Source: Marsupella aquatica (Eukaryota > Plantae > Marchantiophyta). From it: a stretch of DNA of 64,000 nucleotides. Numbering within the stretch: position 1 is the first letter of the stretch; the number at the start of each line of letters is the position of its first letter. Below are positions 46,301 through 59,670 of the stretch, one piece after another. The stretch lies in NCBI GenBank assembly GCA_973895155.1, contig OZ316895.1:18898508-18962507 (forward strand), in the 5' to 3' direction. The notes under the pieces were generated by a model that was not told the origin of the DNA, ran no database searches, and was given only the letters and a program-made list of their open reading frames with translations. A program made the translations under genes and the position numbers.

Positions 46301-47254
46301 GTGGCAAATGGGCCTCGCCCTTTTGGCCCTGCTTCAGATCAACCCCCCACTAGGCAATGGAGACTACATGAACTCCTTCTATTAATTGCAGCAAAGCGGA
46401 TGGAGCATGAGACTTCCTTGAATCACACATCAAGAGAGAGAATCAAGGCTACAGATCAGAAGTGGAGAGAAATTTTGGCAGTCCTTGCAAGAGATAGTGT
46501 GCCAAGACAATCAATGCAGACCAAGAAACGTTGGGAGAAATTGGTCACAGACTTCAAAAAAGTATATGATTATCAAAACCATGTTGGGAGTGGCCAATCT
46601 GACTACTATGAAATGGGCAGCGATGAAAGGAAGAGCCGGAAAATTCCCGTGAATTTTGCTCATGAATTATTTGATGCCATGGAGTGCTGGATGGGCACGC
46701 ATCGATCAATCAATCCATCACCAAACCAGGTGGTGGACAGTGGAGATGTCAAGGAAGAGCTCATGCAGGAGGTTGGGCAAACTGATATCGGGAATACTTC
46801 ACATGCCACAAATTACACTGAGGAAAATAATGCGGAGGTGACTTCTCCTCACCCTGTTCTTGCTGATCCAATGGAAACTTCAGCAGCAAGACTGCAGCAG
46901 AGAACACCCCCATCAGGGGCAACAGGATTACACCAAAGATTGCCCCCATCAGGAATGCAATATACTGGGGTCAAGAAAAGTCATCGAGATAAACTTGACA
47001 AGCAGTTCAAGAAGACAACAAGTTCCTTTCTAGATTTCCTTGGGAAAGACTCAGCGAGGAAGATTCTTGATGAGGATGAAACTAGTCGCAACTGGGATAA
47101 GGAAAAGCATGATAATCTTGTAGATCTTGACAAGAAAAAGCACGAAGGAATGATACGTCAACAGTCACAGATGACTGCGGCTATGTCGAATGCCATCACT
47201 GGGATCTCTGACTCAATTCGGTTCTTTGCCACAGAAGTAGCATGTAAGAAGTAG
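46301..47254 (+). CDS. Harbinger Myb/SANT-like (trihelix-type) DNA-binding protein
   Basis: QW..HE.LLLI.AK...KW..I...L......R...Q.KKRWEKL..DFKKV.DY...Y.EM...ERK...P..F..ELF.AM. True start may be slightly upstream. Confidence 0.88.
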   Translation: MANGPRPFGPASDQPPTRQWRLHELLLLIAAKRMEHETSLNHTSRERIKATDQKWREILAVLARDSVPRQSMQTKKRWEKLVTDFKKVYDYQNHVGSGQSDYYEMGSDERKSRKIPVNFAHELFDAMECWMGTHRSINPSPNQVVDSGDVKEELMQEVGQTDIGNTSHATNYTEENNAEVTSPHPVLADPMETSAARLQQRTPPSGATGLHQRLPPSGMQYTGVKKSHRDKLDKQFKKTTSSFLDFLGKDSARKILDEDETSRNWDKEKHDNLVDLDKKKHEGMIRQQSQMTAAMSNAITGISDSIRFFATEVACKK

Positions 47255-49486
47255 AATTGTATCTTTGAAAACGGCTAGAATGCAAGCTAATACATTGGGT
47301 CAAATGAATACTCGTAGTGCTGCCCACAAGACTAGCCAGTTCCGGCCCGACAGCTGATGTTAATGCCATTTGGTCGGCGGCTCTATGAAAAGTTTGTCGC
47401 ACTTCTCTTGATTTCGGTCTAGAAATTGGGGGACATGTCAGAATGAATCATTTGTCCACACCCTTTCCCATTTGTCGTTTTGCCACAGAATCTTTGTGAT
47501 ATGTGATTTCAAATCCGTGCAATAATTCATGGAATGGTCCCTTGATGTGAGGTTTCACTTAGAAAAGGGGCCTGATGATTAGGCGGATCACACTGTAGAG
47601 TCGTCACCAGTCCACCCTAGAATCACGACCTTGGCGTGGGTCAATAATTACCTATACATTCATTCTTTAAAGTCCATTTGGTGGTTGGAGATTTCTTCCA
47701 ATCAGTTCTGGGATTTCGCTGTAAGCCTCGTTCAATGGGCATGTTCAGTTCTATGACCGCACCCCTGTATAGTTCTGGCCGGAATCACTTAGCATGCATG
47801 GGAGTATTGATCTGCAAATCCCTCAACATTTGAAAAGCATATATTCATTTTTGGAGCTTCTTTAACCTGACCAGATTGATTTCTCTAGTTCTTCTACGGA
47901 CCCACTAAGACATTATGTCGCTGCAAATTGTGAGCTGCAGTAATGAGCTGGACTTAAAACATCCTTTGCCCTGACATCATTGAACTTCAAAGAATCCTGT
48001 CATGATCTATTTTGTTTACGACTTTTATTTTGTCTATCTGAAATGTGTTACCCTTGTTTCCTCTACCAAATCTATCTGAGGTAGAAGAACGCACATGAAT
48101 TGGCGGATAGAATTACTTTTCTATATAGAGGTAGAAGTGCAAAAGTTTTAATTCTTACCCTGATGCACAGATGTCAATAGATACCTTTGTTGTACTACTA
48201 TTAATACTCAAAGTTAATCTCCGAGTGTGAACAATGAATGGTTTTAACACAACTTGTTTTGGCAGAGAACAAGGTAAACAAATGTCAATAGGTCAGATTT
48301 CACGTAGCAGCACTTCTACAGTGAGACTCTCTTCAAGCAACTTAATTTGACACGGACCCAGTAAATTCAGAGCCTTGGATTATAGATATGTCGACCAGTG
48401 AAATAACTCCTTGTGGCACTTCTACAACAAGTCTGTAAGATGCGCTCACTCTACCTGAGCTCAGCCCGAAGCCCCGGTACTTCTATGATCATTGCCATTG
48501 TTGTAAAGGCACACGAGAAACTGCAACCTGTTCAAACATAAAGACACGATGATTGCTCCGTATCTGAAAGAATGACGCCAATTCTGACTCACAAACGAGA
48601 CCTAAGGCAGTTGAGTTCTTGATTGATTTTCTGAAGTTCCAAATGGTGGTACAATTTTTGGCATTTAGGCCAATTCTTCTTGTGAACCTGTTCGGTCCCA
48701 TGATTAGATGCTGCCTGCCATTTCCGTTAGTTGATATATAAGGGATGGATCTTTAAGTTTTCTAAGTGTCAAGTCTAGTGTGTTCAAAGGGCTTTGGTGA
48801 ACTTCCTTTGTGAACGGGTTTGTGCAAATTAATTTTTTTCACAACCTCACTTGCCACCATGATGATTACTACCTTTAGAAAAGCGGCTCGGATAACTAAA
48901 GTTGAGCAATGTCCACCCTTAAGCAAATCTACACATCATAACATTGAAAAATCTGAAGGCATTTATATGTGCAGCCGACAAATGAATATAGACAAGCAGC
49001 AATGAATGGCAAGACCAGTAGGCACGCACAGATTGCATCAAGGTAAAATTCTGGATCACTTGACTAGTAATGTTCATCTGCTATAAAATACATAACAGTG
49101 ACAAGTTTATGGACTTCTGCTCAAGCTACAATACTCAATGTCAATCGTGCAGAAAGAAGCTTCATCGAAGAACAATGCCAACCAGAGCACATCAATTTCA
49201 TCATTCAAAGACAAAAGAAGCTCATCTGATAAGCATGAGACAGATATGTCCAATTTAAGTCTCTCACAGATCGCCGATGAGTCACAACTTACAGAGAAGA
49301 CATGAGTACATCACTCAAATAATCCTGAGTAATGTATTCTGCAACTCAATGGATCAAAGGTATTAACTAAATAGGGAACAAATCCCAGATGTATAATGTC
49401 ATAACTACATTGGGATAATCTGCTTTGCATATCATGGTAATGAAAAGAATTGGCTGACGATTTGATCACCTGCAATTCGATCACCT

Positions 49487-50898
49487 CTACAATCTTCTGG
49501 TTCTTCTTTGTTCTGACAAAATTGTCACCTCATTCAGTAAATTGTCCCGTGCCTCTGGCCCTTTGTCCATGTACTCCCTTCGAGGCACATGGACTCCAGC
49601 GTATCCACCTGGATGGGGTGTAATACCCCAGAGCAACTCAGGACTGAAATGCTCTCCTCTCTCAATCAAATAGTTATGTAGAATGCAACAACAATAGATC
49701 ATGGGACCAATTCTCTGCTTTTGGTTTCCACAGTATTCGACTGAGTATTCGCCAGGTTCCTTTTAGCTGCCCAAACGCCCTTTCAACTGCCATCCTAGCT
49801 TGAGAGTGGCGGTGGTTCCACAAGTCATGCTCATCTGATAATCCCCTTGCAAAAGGTACCATGAGCCAAGGATACAAGGGGTACCCTGCGTCCCCAACTA
49901 AGTATGTATTCCCTTATAATTGTCTCTCTATCTTGACAATTATAATCCAAGCCCTGCAACTTGACTCTTCTATACTCAACGTCTCTGTAAAATGTAGAAA
50001 CTCTAAGCAAGCGTGTGTCCTGAATGCTCCCAGGCCATCCAGCTACAATGTGCAAGAAGCGCAATTGCAAATCGACTATAGCTTGCATAGACACTGAGGT
50101 TTTCTTTTTAAAATCAAAATAATCCTGGCTGCGCTCTGATGCTGGCAACTCTACAGGAAAATGGGTGCCATCAATGGCCCCGCAACAATTTGGGAATCCC
50201 CATCGATCAAGAAACTCACTTTTTACCTCATCTAGCTTTGTCCCAGTTGGCCACTTGATAAGTCTTCTCCCTCGTGCATTGACTGCCTGAATAAACTTCC
50301 AGGTTACTTTGATTGCGGTAGGACAAGAAACTCCAAATAGCTCCGAGATTCCAAGGAATTGGTCTCCAGTGCATAGCCTCCTAAGCGCAATAGCTACTTG
50401 CCTCTCAACTGTGAATTGTTTGTTTGGCAGAGTACAAAACGCTAATGGCGGGTTTTTCAACATGTCATCGTGTACCATGTCACAAATTGCATAGAATGTC
50501 GTTGGGCTGACCCGAAAGAACTCCTTAAATCTCTCAGGATTGTCATGAGGCACAAAGTCAATAAAAAGGTAAAACCACTGAATACTCCTTGGCTTAATGT
50601 ACCACCGGCACTGGATCTCTCTTTTCCTCATGAAAAAACTTTGAATGACCTGAATGAATAGGCAAACATGCTTCCAGTTATCTTCATCATCTCGACGTCT
50701 CTTTCTTAACTTAGAAGTTTCTAGTGCACACAATCTTTGCAAGATTGTGCTCCTTCCAAGTTGATGTTGCCTGGTCATGAGGGACAGAAGAGAAACAACA
50801 AGCAACACAGCCATTGTAGTATTCATGATTACAAAAGCTATCATCGACTCCCAATTCTGAGAAATGTTGTCTTCTTCATCTGGACCTGGCACCTCCAT
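49487..50898 (-). pseudogene. Harbinger (HARBI1-like, DDE_Tnp_4) transposase with two frameshifts
   Basis: FKEFFRVS..TF, GFPNCCGAIDGTH, GWPGS.QD.R, GDAGYP (shifted frame, ~49900), AVERAFGQLKG.WRIL and CCILHN. Confidence 0.95.
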
Positions 50899-51484
50899 TT
50901 TGAACAGATGTCCAATTCACCTTCCACACTTCCTCCAACAATCCGAAGCAGCTCAAAAGCAACATAAAAGTAGCAGTGGTGAGGGCAGCTACAGGTCCAG
51001 GACAATACACCAGCAGCATCTCATCAAGCAATCAAAAGTCTTCCTGTGGTCATCAAAGCAGCATGAAACAGCAGCAAGGGGGCAGCCTGCAGGTTACAAT
51101 TTGTAGTAGATTTTATCAAAATAGACGCTTGACATTTTAGTAAACCAAAAAACAGTCTATGGAGGATCAAAAACTATGAGTGGCATCAGGCTGCTAGAGG
51201 ACTATCCAGTATACGAGATTAAAGTAAAAAATCTTTTCTTTAAGCTGCCACCGCCCAAGTCATTTGAGATACAAATGCTCGCTATAAAACGGCCCAGATT
51301 AATACTGACTGCAACCAAACAACCTGATTAATACTGATTGCAACCTGATTACCTAGAAGTCCGTCAATGAAACTTGTCAATTCTATTTGTTCATAGGAGC
51401 ATGCTTTATGCAATAAACTGATACTGGTCGATGAGTCGGCTCTACAGGACACGAAAAATCAAAGGCTGTCATGAACCGGGTCAT

Positions 51485-51970
51485 TGAAACTTACAGCTTT
51501 TGGGCTTAACATCTGAAAGAAAGTAAGGGGATATATAGCCTCGATCAAGCTTCATGCCCTCCACACCTTCTAGTTCGTGGCAAGATTGTTTCCGTCCTCC
51601 AACATTGCATTCATCCATACTTAAAAGAAGAAAGAACAATGGGAATTCCAGTGGGGTGTAGATAGGAGGACCAGGATTTGTAGGCTACTTTGCAAAGGCC
51701 TTTGCCACCGTCACACCGTCCCAATGAACTTTACGATAACCAAAAATTTGCTCTGTAACCCCACATCGACCTTGGAAAAAAGTTACAGATTCACAAAGCA
51801 ATGAGTGATTGTTCAAGGATGTCACGCACCTACGACACACCTGGACATAATTTTATAAGGGGGCGGACAATAATTAAGCTAAGCAGTTGTGTCTTTTGTA
51901 CCTTTGGGCCCATGGTAACCTTCTCAGCATCCGGTAATTCCTCAACACCTTGGACTGTAAGAGCCTGGTA
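51485..51970 (-). pseudogene. CPN60: Captured fragments of a chaperonin-60 (mitochondrial HSP60-like) gene
   Basis: QGVEELPDAEKVTMGPK (to 51902), GT-starting intron, GR.GV.EQ.FG..KV..DGVTVAK (51771-51700), then [24 protein letters not shown] (~51597-51521). These are GroEL/HSP60 signature peptides. Confidence 0.85.
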
Positions 51971-53596
51971 TCCTTCCATCCATGATTTCGCAGCAGTTGC
52001 GAGCTTCTTGCATTCTGCAACTTCAACTCCCAATCAGACCAACACAAGAGCACAAGATCATCTTTGCTAATCACATTAAGGACAAACGCTTGGGGTCAAC
52101 TGCTACAATCTCAAACATAGTACAACTGGATGAAGATTTACAATTCACCTGGCCAACGCTGTAATTCGAGAGTATGAGGTAGTGAACACCAATTCTTCTC
52201 TGTAAATCCAAGCTCCTAGTTTGCAAATCAAGTAAAAGCTCCCAATTAGCAAATACATCTTACTCCACTACGTACCATGACCGAAATCTCGTACCCTAAA
52301 CAGATGACCGGTATCTCCCATGCACTACTGCGTCCCAAAATATAGATCCCTGCTCATACACAAACCTCAGGATAAGATAAATCCGGGACCTGGTCACCTC
52401 TTTCGCTTACTGCGACCACAGTTCAGCTCAACTGCGATCGAGCACAGCTCAGCTGTTCAGCCCATTTCTGCCCAAATGCACATGCATCGACGAGCTCCAA
52501 ACATTCTCTATCGAAATCAGATCCAATCCAAAGATTCATTCAGATACGGGTACTCTGCCAAACACGCAAAACCTTTCGTTCGCCTTTGTTCAGACGCAAA
52601 ACCTTCGAGGTGCATATCGAGAACTGGCACCACTCGTTCCCCTTTGCACACCGTTAGCCGAAACCCTCACACCATCGTTCAACACCCGGTTACAGTCAAT
52701 TGATAATTCACCCTCATCAAATGATGCGGGCGCCATGGAATGAGACTCGGACTTGCCCTCAAATGCACTTCGGGGTGACTTCGGGGTGACGACAGTTTGA
52801 GGGTGAGAGCCGGGTCAAGGGCTGATGGAATACTACTCTAAGAAGTATCAAGAGTTGAGTAAGTTATTTGGTAAGGGCGGAAAAAAGTTATGGTAGTCAG
52901 CAAGTCGGGCCGAAGGCATGACCGATACTTTTGAGTGATAAGTTTTGCTAAGACTCACCCTATAGGTGCTAGGTAGTCCCTAGACCACACGTAAAAGTCA
53001 CAAAGTCAAGTGGGGTCTTAACCTAGGAGTTGTAAGTATTTTGGCAAAACTTAAAGTTACCAAATAGCGGGTCTCGGGAAAAATAGCTGATGGGAAAAGG
53101 TAGGGGTTCCAAGTTTCAAAGTAGGTTAAATATGATCCACTATATCCCTGGAAACTTTTGGGAGAACTTGGTTACCTTTGGTTACTTTTTGGGAGCATCT
53201 CAAAGTTGAGAAAAATTTTGGAAAACATAAGAATTAACCCTCTTTACCTAATTTTAGAAAATTGGTTATAGGGTTTTGTTTAGATCTTAGTAAATCAAGA
53301 CATAGCCCTATGTCCAGAGAATATATGGATCTACTCAAAAGTCCTTTTGGCCTTATGGGTGATTTTTGGCGGTGGGTACAATATGGGCTGGGGAATTATA
53401 TTTTTTCCAAAATAACGAAATCCGATTAAGTGTAAAAATGCTTCGACGAGGCTACCACAAGGCAGGAATAAGTCAAGCATAAGGGCGGCTAGAAGATGAT
53501 TGAATAGACCAGGCAATCACAAGGTGAAGGAGCTTGAGTGGGAGTGGTAGTTAGTTGGACTTTAGTTGTATTGTGATTTTGGTAGTTAGGAGGACT

Positions 53597-53696
53597 TTGG
53601 TGGGCTACCTTGGTCCTTGGTCCTTGGTCCTCCACTTTGGTCCTTGGTCCTTGGTGGGCTACTTTGGTCCTTGGTCCTTGGTGGGCTACCTTGGTG
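53597..53696 (+). repeat. 27-bp tandem repeat (ttggtgggctac(c/t)ttggtccttggtcc) x~3.5
   Basis: Read directly. It produces the KVAHQGPRT repeats in the antisense ORF. Confidence 0.85.
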
Positions 53697-53976
53697 TGGT
53701 GTGGAAGAAGAATAGTATATAAGGAGGAAGTTTTCATTTGTTAGGGACCGGGAGTCTCATCTCTTAAGTGGAATCTCTACCTTGCCAAGGTAGGGCTAAG
53801 CTTGAGAAGGGAGAGGTGGTCCATGCTTAGTGTGGAGAATGTGTAGTGAACTTTTGTTGTAAAGGTGATACAATAAAAGGAGACTTGTCAATCTTCATTG
53901 TGACCATTAAGTGTGAGTGCATTTGAAGTGTATGGGAGCAAGAAAAGAGTCCATGCTATGGTGTAATCTTGGTCTA

Positions 53977-54275
53977 AGCTCAAAGGGGATGTGCTAGTAC
54001 AAAACCAAGGCCAAGGAGGCAAGGTTAAGGTAGAGCACTACTTTGAGACTTAGAGAGGATTATAGCTTGAGGGTGGAAAGTACTTTGCTTGGTGTGTGAC
54101 CGTGTTAACAAAAAGTAAGTACAAGAGGAAGAGTCCTTAGATAGAGGAGCCTTCTCTAGAGCTCAAAGGGGATGTGTGGACCCAAACCAAGGCCAGGGGG
54201 CAAGGTTGAGGGGTAACACTACTTTGAGGGTCTTGAGGAGACTTAAGCTTGAAGAGGAAAGTACTTTGGGTTCTT
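53977..54275 (+). repeat. ~115-bp imperfect direct repeat x2 (period ~183 bp) in LTR-like DNA
   Basis: agctcaaaggggatgtg...aaaccaaggcca...ggcaaggtt...cactactttgag...agcttga...ggaaagtactttg at ~53977 and ~54160. Confidence 0.75.
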
Positions 54276-55667
54276 GGGTGTTTGTGTGAGAATCTACTCT
54301 AAGGTGACAGCTTGGAGCGGAGATCCCCCTTGCTGATCCTTGGAGTAGAGGAGAGGGGAAGGGTGTGAGTACAAAAGTAGTCAAGGGGACTACCTCTCTA
54401 TAAGTGGAGAGTTGAAACTACTTATGTATGGAGTAATTAGACATTGTAGACATATTTCAGAAGTTTTGTCAATCCTTTGTGACCTGGTATGATATGGAGC
54501 AGGTATTAGGTAGTCTTTTGGGGAGAAAATCCGCTTAAGCTCCTTGACAAGTGTTTGACACCAAGTCCCACTTGGACGGATCTAACAAGCGGGCCAGACA
54601 TTAAGCAATGCCGATAGTTTAGAGTAGCGTAGGTTTAGCCACGGAAGTAGAACACTACCGACAAGCGCCGAAACTAGTTAGAGCGGCATTGACAACCTTT
54701 CTTAGCATAGCATCTTAGGGTAACGACAAGCCGTTTAGTGTACTGGCATTTAGCTAGGATTAGCACAAGCTAGAACTTGAGCATATGACCACTCCTGGCC
54801 ACGGCTCTTAGTTAGTATTTAGTACACCCCCGATAGAGGCAGTGGGGGGGGGGACTTTGGGTTTTGAACCGGGTATCCGCGGATGTGCGAGGAGTCCCAA
54901 CCTTAGTGAATAGAAGAGTACCAAGAGTGAGGGTATGACTAAGCTTGTCGGGCGAGTGCGGAGTCGGGCTCCATTGTAGTGTACACCTCATTGCCACTGG
55001 GCTATTTATTCCCAAAGAAGTTGAGTCAACCGTATATGTACGTATGACGAATTCATAATTGAAAGTCTTTCCTCACCATTTCATGTAAACCGAGATTGTA
55101 TGGGTGTAAGTTGTTATGTTCATTAGTCTCGTATACGGGTGTAGAATGCTTGGCCGAACGTATTGTACGAGCTGCGCATGGGGTGACGGCTGGGGATAAT
55201 GGTTGCGAGCCCGGGTTAAATACCCGTATTATTGGATTGGGATCGGAGGCAGACAGCACAAAGGCTTATAAGTCCCTAAGCCGGGGTCAATCCAGCTATC
55301 GACTTGGGGTATGTTTAGGTGGCGGAATAGAAAGTATACCTATGATACTGGTAAGAATAGGATGGGGCACATTTAGTGTCAAGTTAGGGGAATACGGTAT
55401 CGTATGCACGTCCCTCCTTGCCCGAACCTCAATATTAACAGAGTTTATGGCCGCCTAAGCTGAAATCCAATTAAGGATGAATCTTTTGGCGTGACACCTA
55501 AACAAATTTTTTGCTGAATTTTCTGGTAGTGACACGTGGCAAGTGTTGTGTAACTTGAGCATAAGGGGCAATTTTCAAAGTGGCAGACGCGCGTGTTTTT
55601 GGAGTTCAGGAGGGAGAGGACAGTAGGGACCACGCGCGGTGGCTGTAAAATATGGATTGTTTCTTTT

Positions 55668-57414
55668 TGTAATAGAGGGGTTAAGCCCTTAAGGATATAA
55701 AAGTTATCTAAAATGAAAAAATGGTTTTCAATGACCATGTTGAGGATCTTGAATGACTATTTAAGCATCTGTGAGTATATTAAGCTTGAATCATGCCAAG
55801 GTGCATTTAAAGATGTTATGGTCCCTCATCCAACTCAATAGTGAAAGTGAAATAAAACCATAAATGGATTGGTATTTAGAAAATCTGATAGCGAGGAGAG
55901 ACCTACTTCAACCCCTCAAGGAAAGGTTTCATTGGCTTTTGAATTGAGGTCCAACTTTTCACAAATTTGAGTTAGACGGCTAATTCTAAGGTGAATTAAT
56001 CAGTGCATTTTAGCAACAAGTAGCTCAAACTTTTATCAAGGTTGTGTTGCCCCACCTTCCAATAGTTCATGGGAAAAATTACACCAACTAAGTGATGGAA
56101 ATTGAAGAGTTATTCCATCCGGAATTTGAACCGGTTTCCATCCGGTTTTTGAGCCGATTTTTGATCCGGTTTGGACATACCATCCGGTAGAAAAACTACC
56201 ATAACTCTCAAACTATTTATCCAAATCAAGATCTGTAAAGTGTGTTGAAAAGCTCTTTCCAAGGTGATTAAGTTATATATAAAGAAGTCTGAAAATGGAT
56301 TTGAAATGACCCACTTAATATTATGAGACTCCAACCAGTGCAACCAAGAGATATCCAAAATTTCCGGACAAATAATGGAATGAAGATTTTGAAACGTTAT
56401 TTCCACACTATTAGACTTTCAAGAATGACTTTGGACCAATAGGAAGCATGATCCATGGCTAAGGACCTTACCCAATCAAAATAGTTTCAGAGTAAGTATG
56501 AAAGGATACTATGAAAAGATACACCCATTCATTGGAAGATGGAGAGACTCAATCGTCATTGTGACTACTCTTGCACTCCTACATTTTACCTAGTACACCA
56601 CTAAATTGGCTATGTGATTGCAACCCCAACCCGCTGAAAAAGCCAAGAGCCAACCTCCTACCCCTACTATCACTCAAGAGATTCCTAAAGGATCAGAGGT
56701 CCCTCATACCATAGTTAAACCCACAGACGGTTCAACCGGATCCTGTTATTTTTGAAAGGAGGCTCAACCGGATTCTACATTACAAAGGAGGTTGAATCGG
56801 AAATATGTTTTTCGCCTTAGTTATGACCCTTTTCCAGTTTTTTTAGGAAAGGAAGGAAGAGATATGCTCTCCCCTTTCACATAGTATAGCTAGTTTTATT
56901 TAGTAATATTGTATCAGTTTTTGTATTATAAAAAGGCATGTCTTTTCATACATTTTCTCAATGGGATCTCTCTGCTATATAAGAGAGAGTTTCTTCCTCG
57001 ATATTTAGACTTACATTGCACTTGTGAAAGTCTCCTTCTTTGAAGAGAAGTAATAGATTCACATTTATCTTTGGTAATCTATGACTTGTGTTTGGAATTT
57101 AGTGCGTGACCATACTTGCTAGAATCTGTTTGATGTGACTAGCAATGCCTTGCCGATATTCAGATTGACTGAAAACGCATGCTCGAGATCATGCAAAGAT
57201 ATGAATTGACTTGACTGTTTGGAATACTTATCAAGTATTTTTGGAAGACGCGCCAGACGAGAACTCACAATTACCATAGATCCAGAAGAGCAATGTGGAG
57301 AGTTGATTAAAAGAGGAAGCTTGTTCGGAGTGATGAGTACCGCCTTGTTTCGACTTGGCCATAAAGTTAATACGTGCTTACTTCCATATATCTTTTATAA
57401 ATTCTTAGATGGTT
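55668..57414 (+). repeat. LTR-like sequence, copy 2, truncated by another TG-start element at 57415
   Basis: Direct repeat of 35888 onward. Homology stops at TGTGATAGGGCCCC. Confidence 0.8.
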
Positions 57415-59670
57415 TGTGATAGGGCCCCAAACCCGGTAGTAACTTAGTGATGACTTATAATTGCATATATAAGTAGAAAGACAAGTAGGTGTAGTAAAAG
57501 TGTTTGGATTTTCAAATTTTATTTTTTTGTTAGTTCTAATAAATGGATGCGACAACCGGAGGCTGGAGTTGAGAGGGGTGTCGGGCGGTGATGGATGACA
57601 AGGGAACCATTGAGGGGGTACAAGGAGGCCACAAGGCAGCCCAAGGACTTGGAGTCAAGGTGTGGGCATCTTGGAGGGGTGGGGGCTGGTCGGAGGCTCC
57701 ACGTAAGGCGCAAAACGAAAAGAATGACCAAAATATAGAAAACATTGAAACTTAAAACAGACGTTGATGCGCTAGTACTATTCCAAACATGGTCATGTTT
57801 GGATTCATTTTTAAAGCCCTCAATGAGTCCCATGCGAAACTGAGGTTTTCTAGTTGATTTTAGGTCTATATCAAACAGTGACATCTCGAGGGACCTCAAC
57901 GCCCGTAAAACGACAAACTAGGCAATCTTGGAGTAGTGATGGTGGGAGGGCCCTTAGAAGGAAGGGGTTCCCACACTTGTGTTCCCCTTCACCCTTTGTG
58001 TGGTCCTCACATGGTTTTTGCTCTCTTTCCCTTCCCCACTCCGTAGAAGGGGCACTTTGTACAAGAACACATCCGTAGAAGGCCCCTAACACTTTCTTCC
58101 TTCCCTTTTCTCTATTCTCACTAGTGGGGTTTCCACCCATACCTAAACCCTAAACCCTTTCCCTCTTGTGCTTGCTTCCAACGTGTGTACGGACCCTGGT
58201 TGTACGAACATCATATTTTTGACCATCTCAAAATCAGGAGTCTATGGGCTGGTTGGAAAGAGCTTGCCGAACTGAATCCAACGATGTGTCACATGGCCGA
58301 AACAGAGCTAAGATGGGGGAGATACAACAGATCGCATTTTTTGAGAATATGAGGGTTTTGAGTCCGTACGGCAGGAAGTCCCAGCTTTGCAAGGGAAGGA
58401 GGAGGTAGCAGTACATACGGAGAACCCATGATCCATGTTTTGCAAAGCCGGGGCCCCTTGGTGTTGTACGGACAAAATAGAGGGAGACGGTGCCCCGTGA
58501 AAATTTAAACGATCATATCTTGGTCGTTTGACCTCTGTTTTGTGCACCGTTTACGGAGCCGTGATCAGGAAGAGGAGGGCTCCTCAGATATGTTTTCAGA
58601 AATGAATTCTGAGAAAATTTTAGTTTCAACAATTATATGGGCCCCCTCCTTTTACAATAGACCGGTGGTGGCGATCAAGAGGATTGAGGCTAGTAGGTAG
58701 GGTAGATAGATAAGATAGGAGGTGGTGGACTCAAGTGAGTCCTTGTTTAGCAGAGTGGTATCCACTCCAATTGAGAGTGATGAGGAAACCAACTCACGGG
58801 GCTCAAGCGATGGCACCATGAGTGAGGAGGAGGACTAGGGTGGCCGTACGGACTTAGTCGTACGACCTCTTGACTTTGAATTTTTTTTGGAAGTGGACAC
58901 TCACGGGCTTGTTGGAAAGAGCTCGCGGAGCTGATTCCAACAATAGGCAGCGCTCCTCAAAATGGAGCTAGGATGAGCAAGTTAGAGCCTGACAAAGTTG
59001 GTAGGTATGGAAAACTAAAACGGCCATAACTTGGTCGTCCGATGTCCGTTTCAGGTGCGGTTTGGTGATTCATGATTAGGGGGATCAGGGTTACCTAGGA
59101 GTGAGCTCAGAGGTGAAATCAGAGTGGCACCTAGTTTTGGAAATTGCGGGGCCTATTATATTTTCGCGATTTACAAAGTGATTTTGTGGGGCATCGTCGA
59201 ACGCACCGTTGGTCCCATAGTTAGATTAGGGTTTTAGGAGCATGTGTGTGCCGCATGCTTTAGGATTTGGATTTCTTTTGTGAAGGGTTTTAGCGGTGCC
59301 GCTAGGGTAGCCGCCATCGTTGTGACCCCGTGAGGGGTGCTTTGGTGTGTTTGTTTTCAGTATATAGGGGGAGAGCCCCGGAGTAGTGTGGGGGGAACTC
59401 AGCATAGTGCTTTGATGCTTTTGAGTAGCGTTTGTGAGTAGCGCACCGATTAGGAGAAATTCAAGCCAGAGTAGTGAGGTGGAGAACGTAGCACTTGTCC
59501 CCGGGAGGCAGGATTTGGGCAGACAGCAGGTGGCCGGGTTGTCTTTGCATGTGTTACGGGAAACACCAAGAGATATGGATTTGGCTTGAGATTCCAATAT
59601 TTTGTGTGTCACTTGTTGTTGCTTGTGTTGTTTGTTTTCCTCCCCTAGTGCATGTGTAATACAGTACATT
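57415..59670. mobile_element. Probable long LTR / non-coding retroelement DNA
   Basis: TG junction, no credible ORFs, and recurring gttggaaagagct...ga.tccaac motifs at ~58251 and ~58911. Confidence 0.45.

Larger units (their letters stand above)
45605..52838. mobile_element. Complete PIF/Harbinger DNA transposon, 7234 bp
   Basis: Left TIR GACCCGTATTCCATCAGCCCTCGA versus right TIR (reverse complement) GAGTAGTATTCCATCAGCCCTTGA, 20/24 identical. A subterminal TCACCCTCAAA is also inverted. TAA TSD at 45602-45604 and 52839-52841. Contains Myb/SANT and DDE genes. Confidence 0.95.

Noticed and set aside
51690-51771. Protein kinase subdomain I-II (FG..K..W.G..VA.)
   Set aside because: The flanking VTMGPK and [13 protein letters not shown] peptides identify it as chaperonin-60.
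53489-53737. Repeat protein (KVAHQGPRT)n
   Set aside because: Translation by-product of a 27-bp tandem repeat in LTR-like DNA.
35888-57414. 5' and 3' LTRs of one intact retrotransposon
   Set aside because: Middle segments differ, no PBS, PPT or shared TSD was found, and there is no gag-pol between them.
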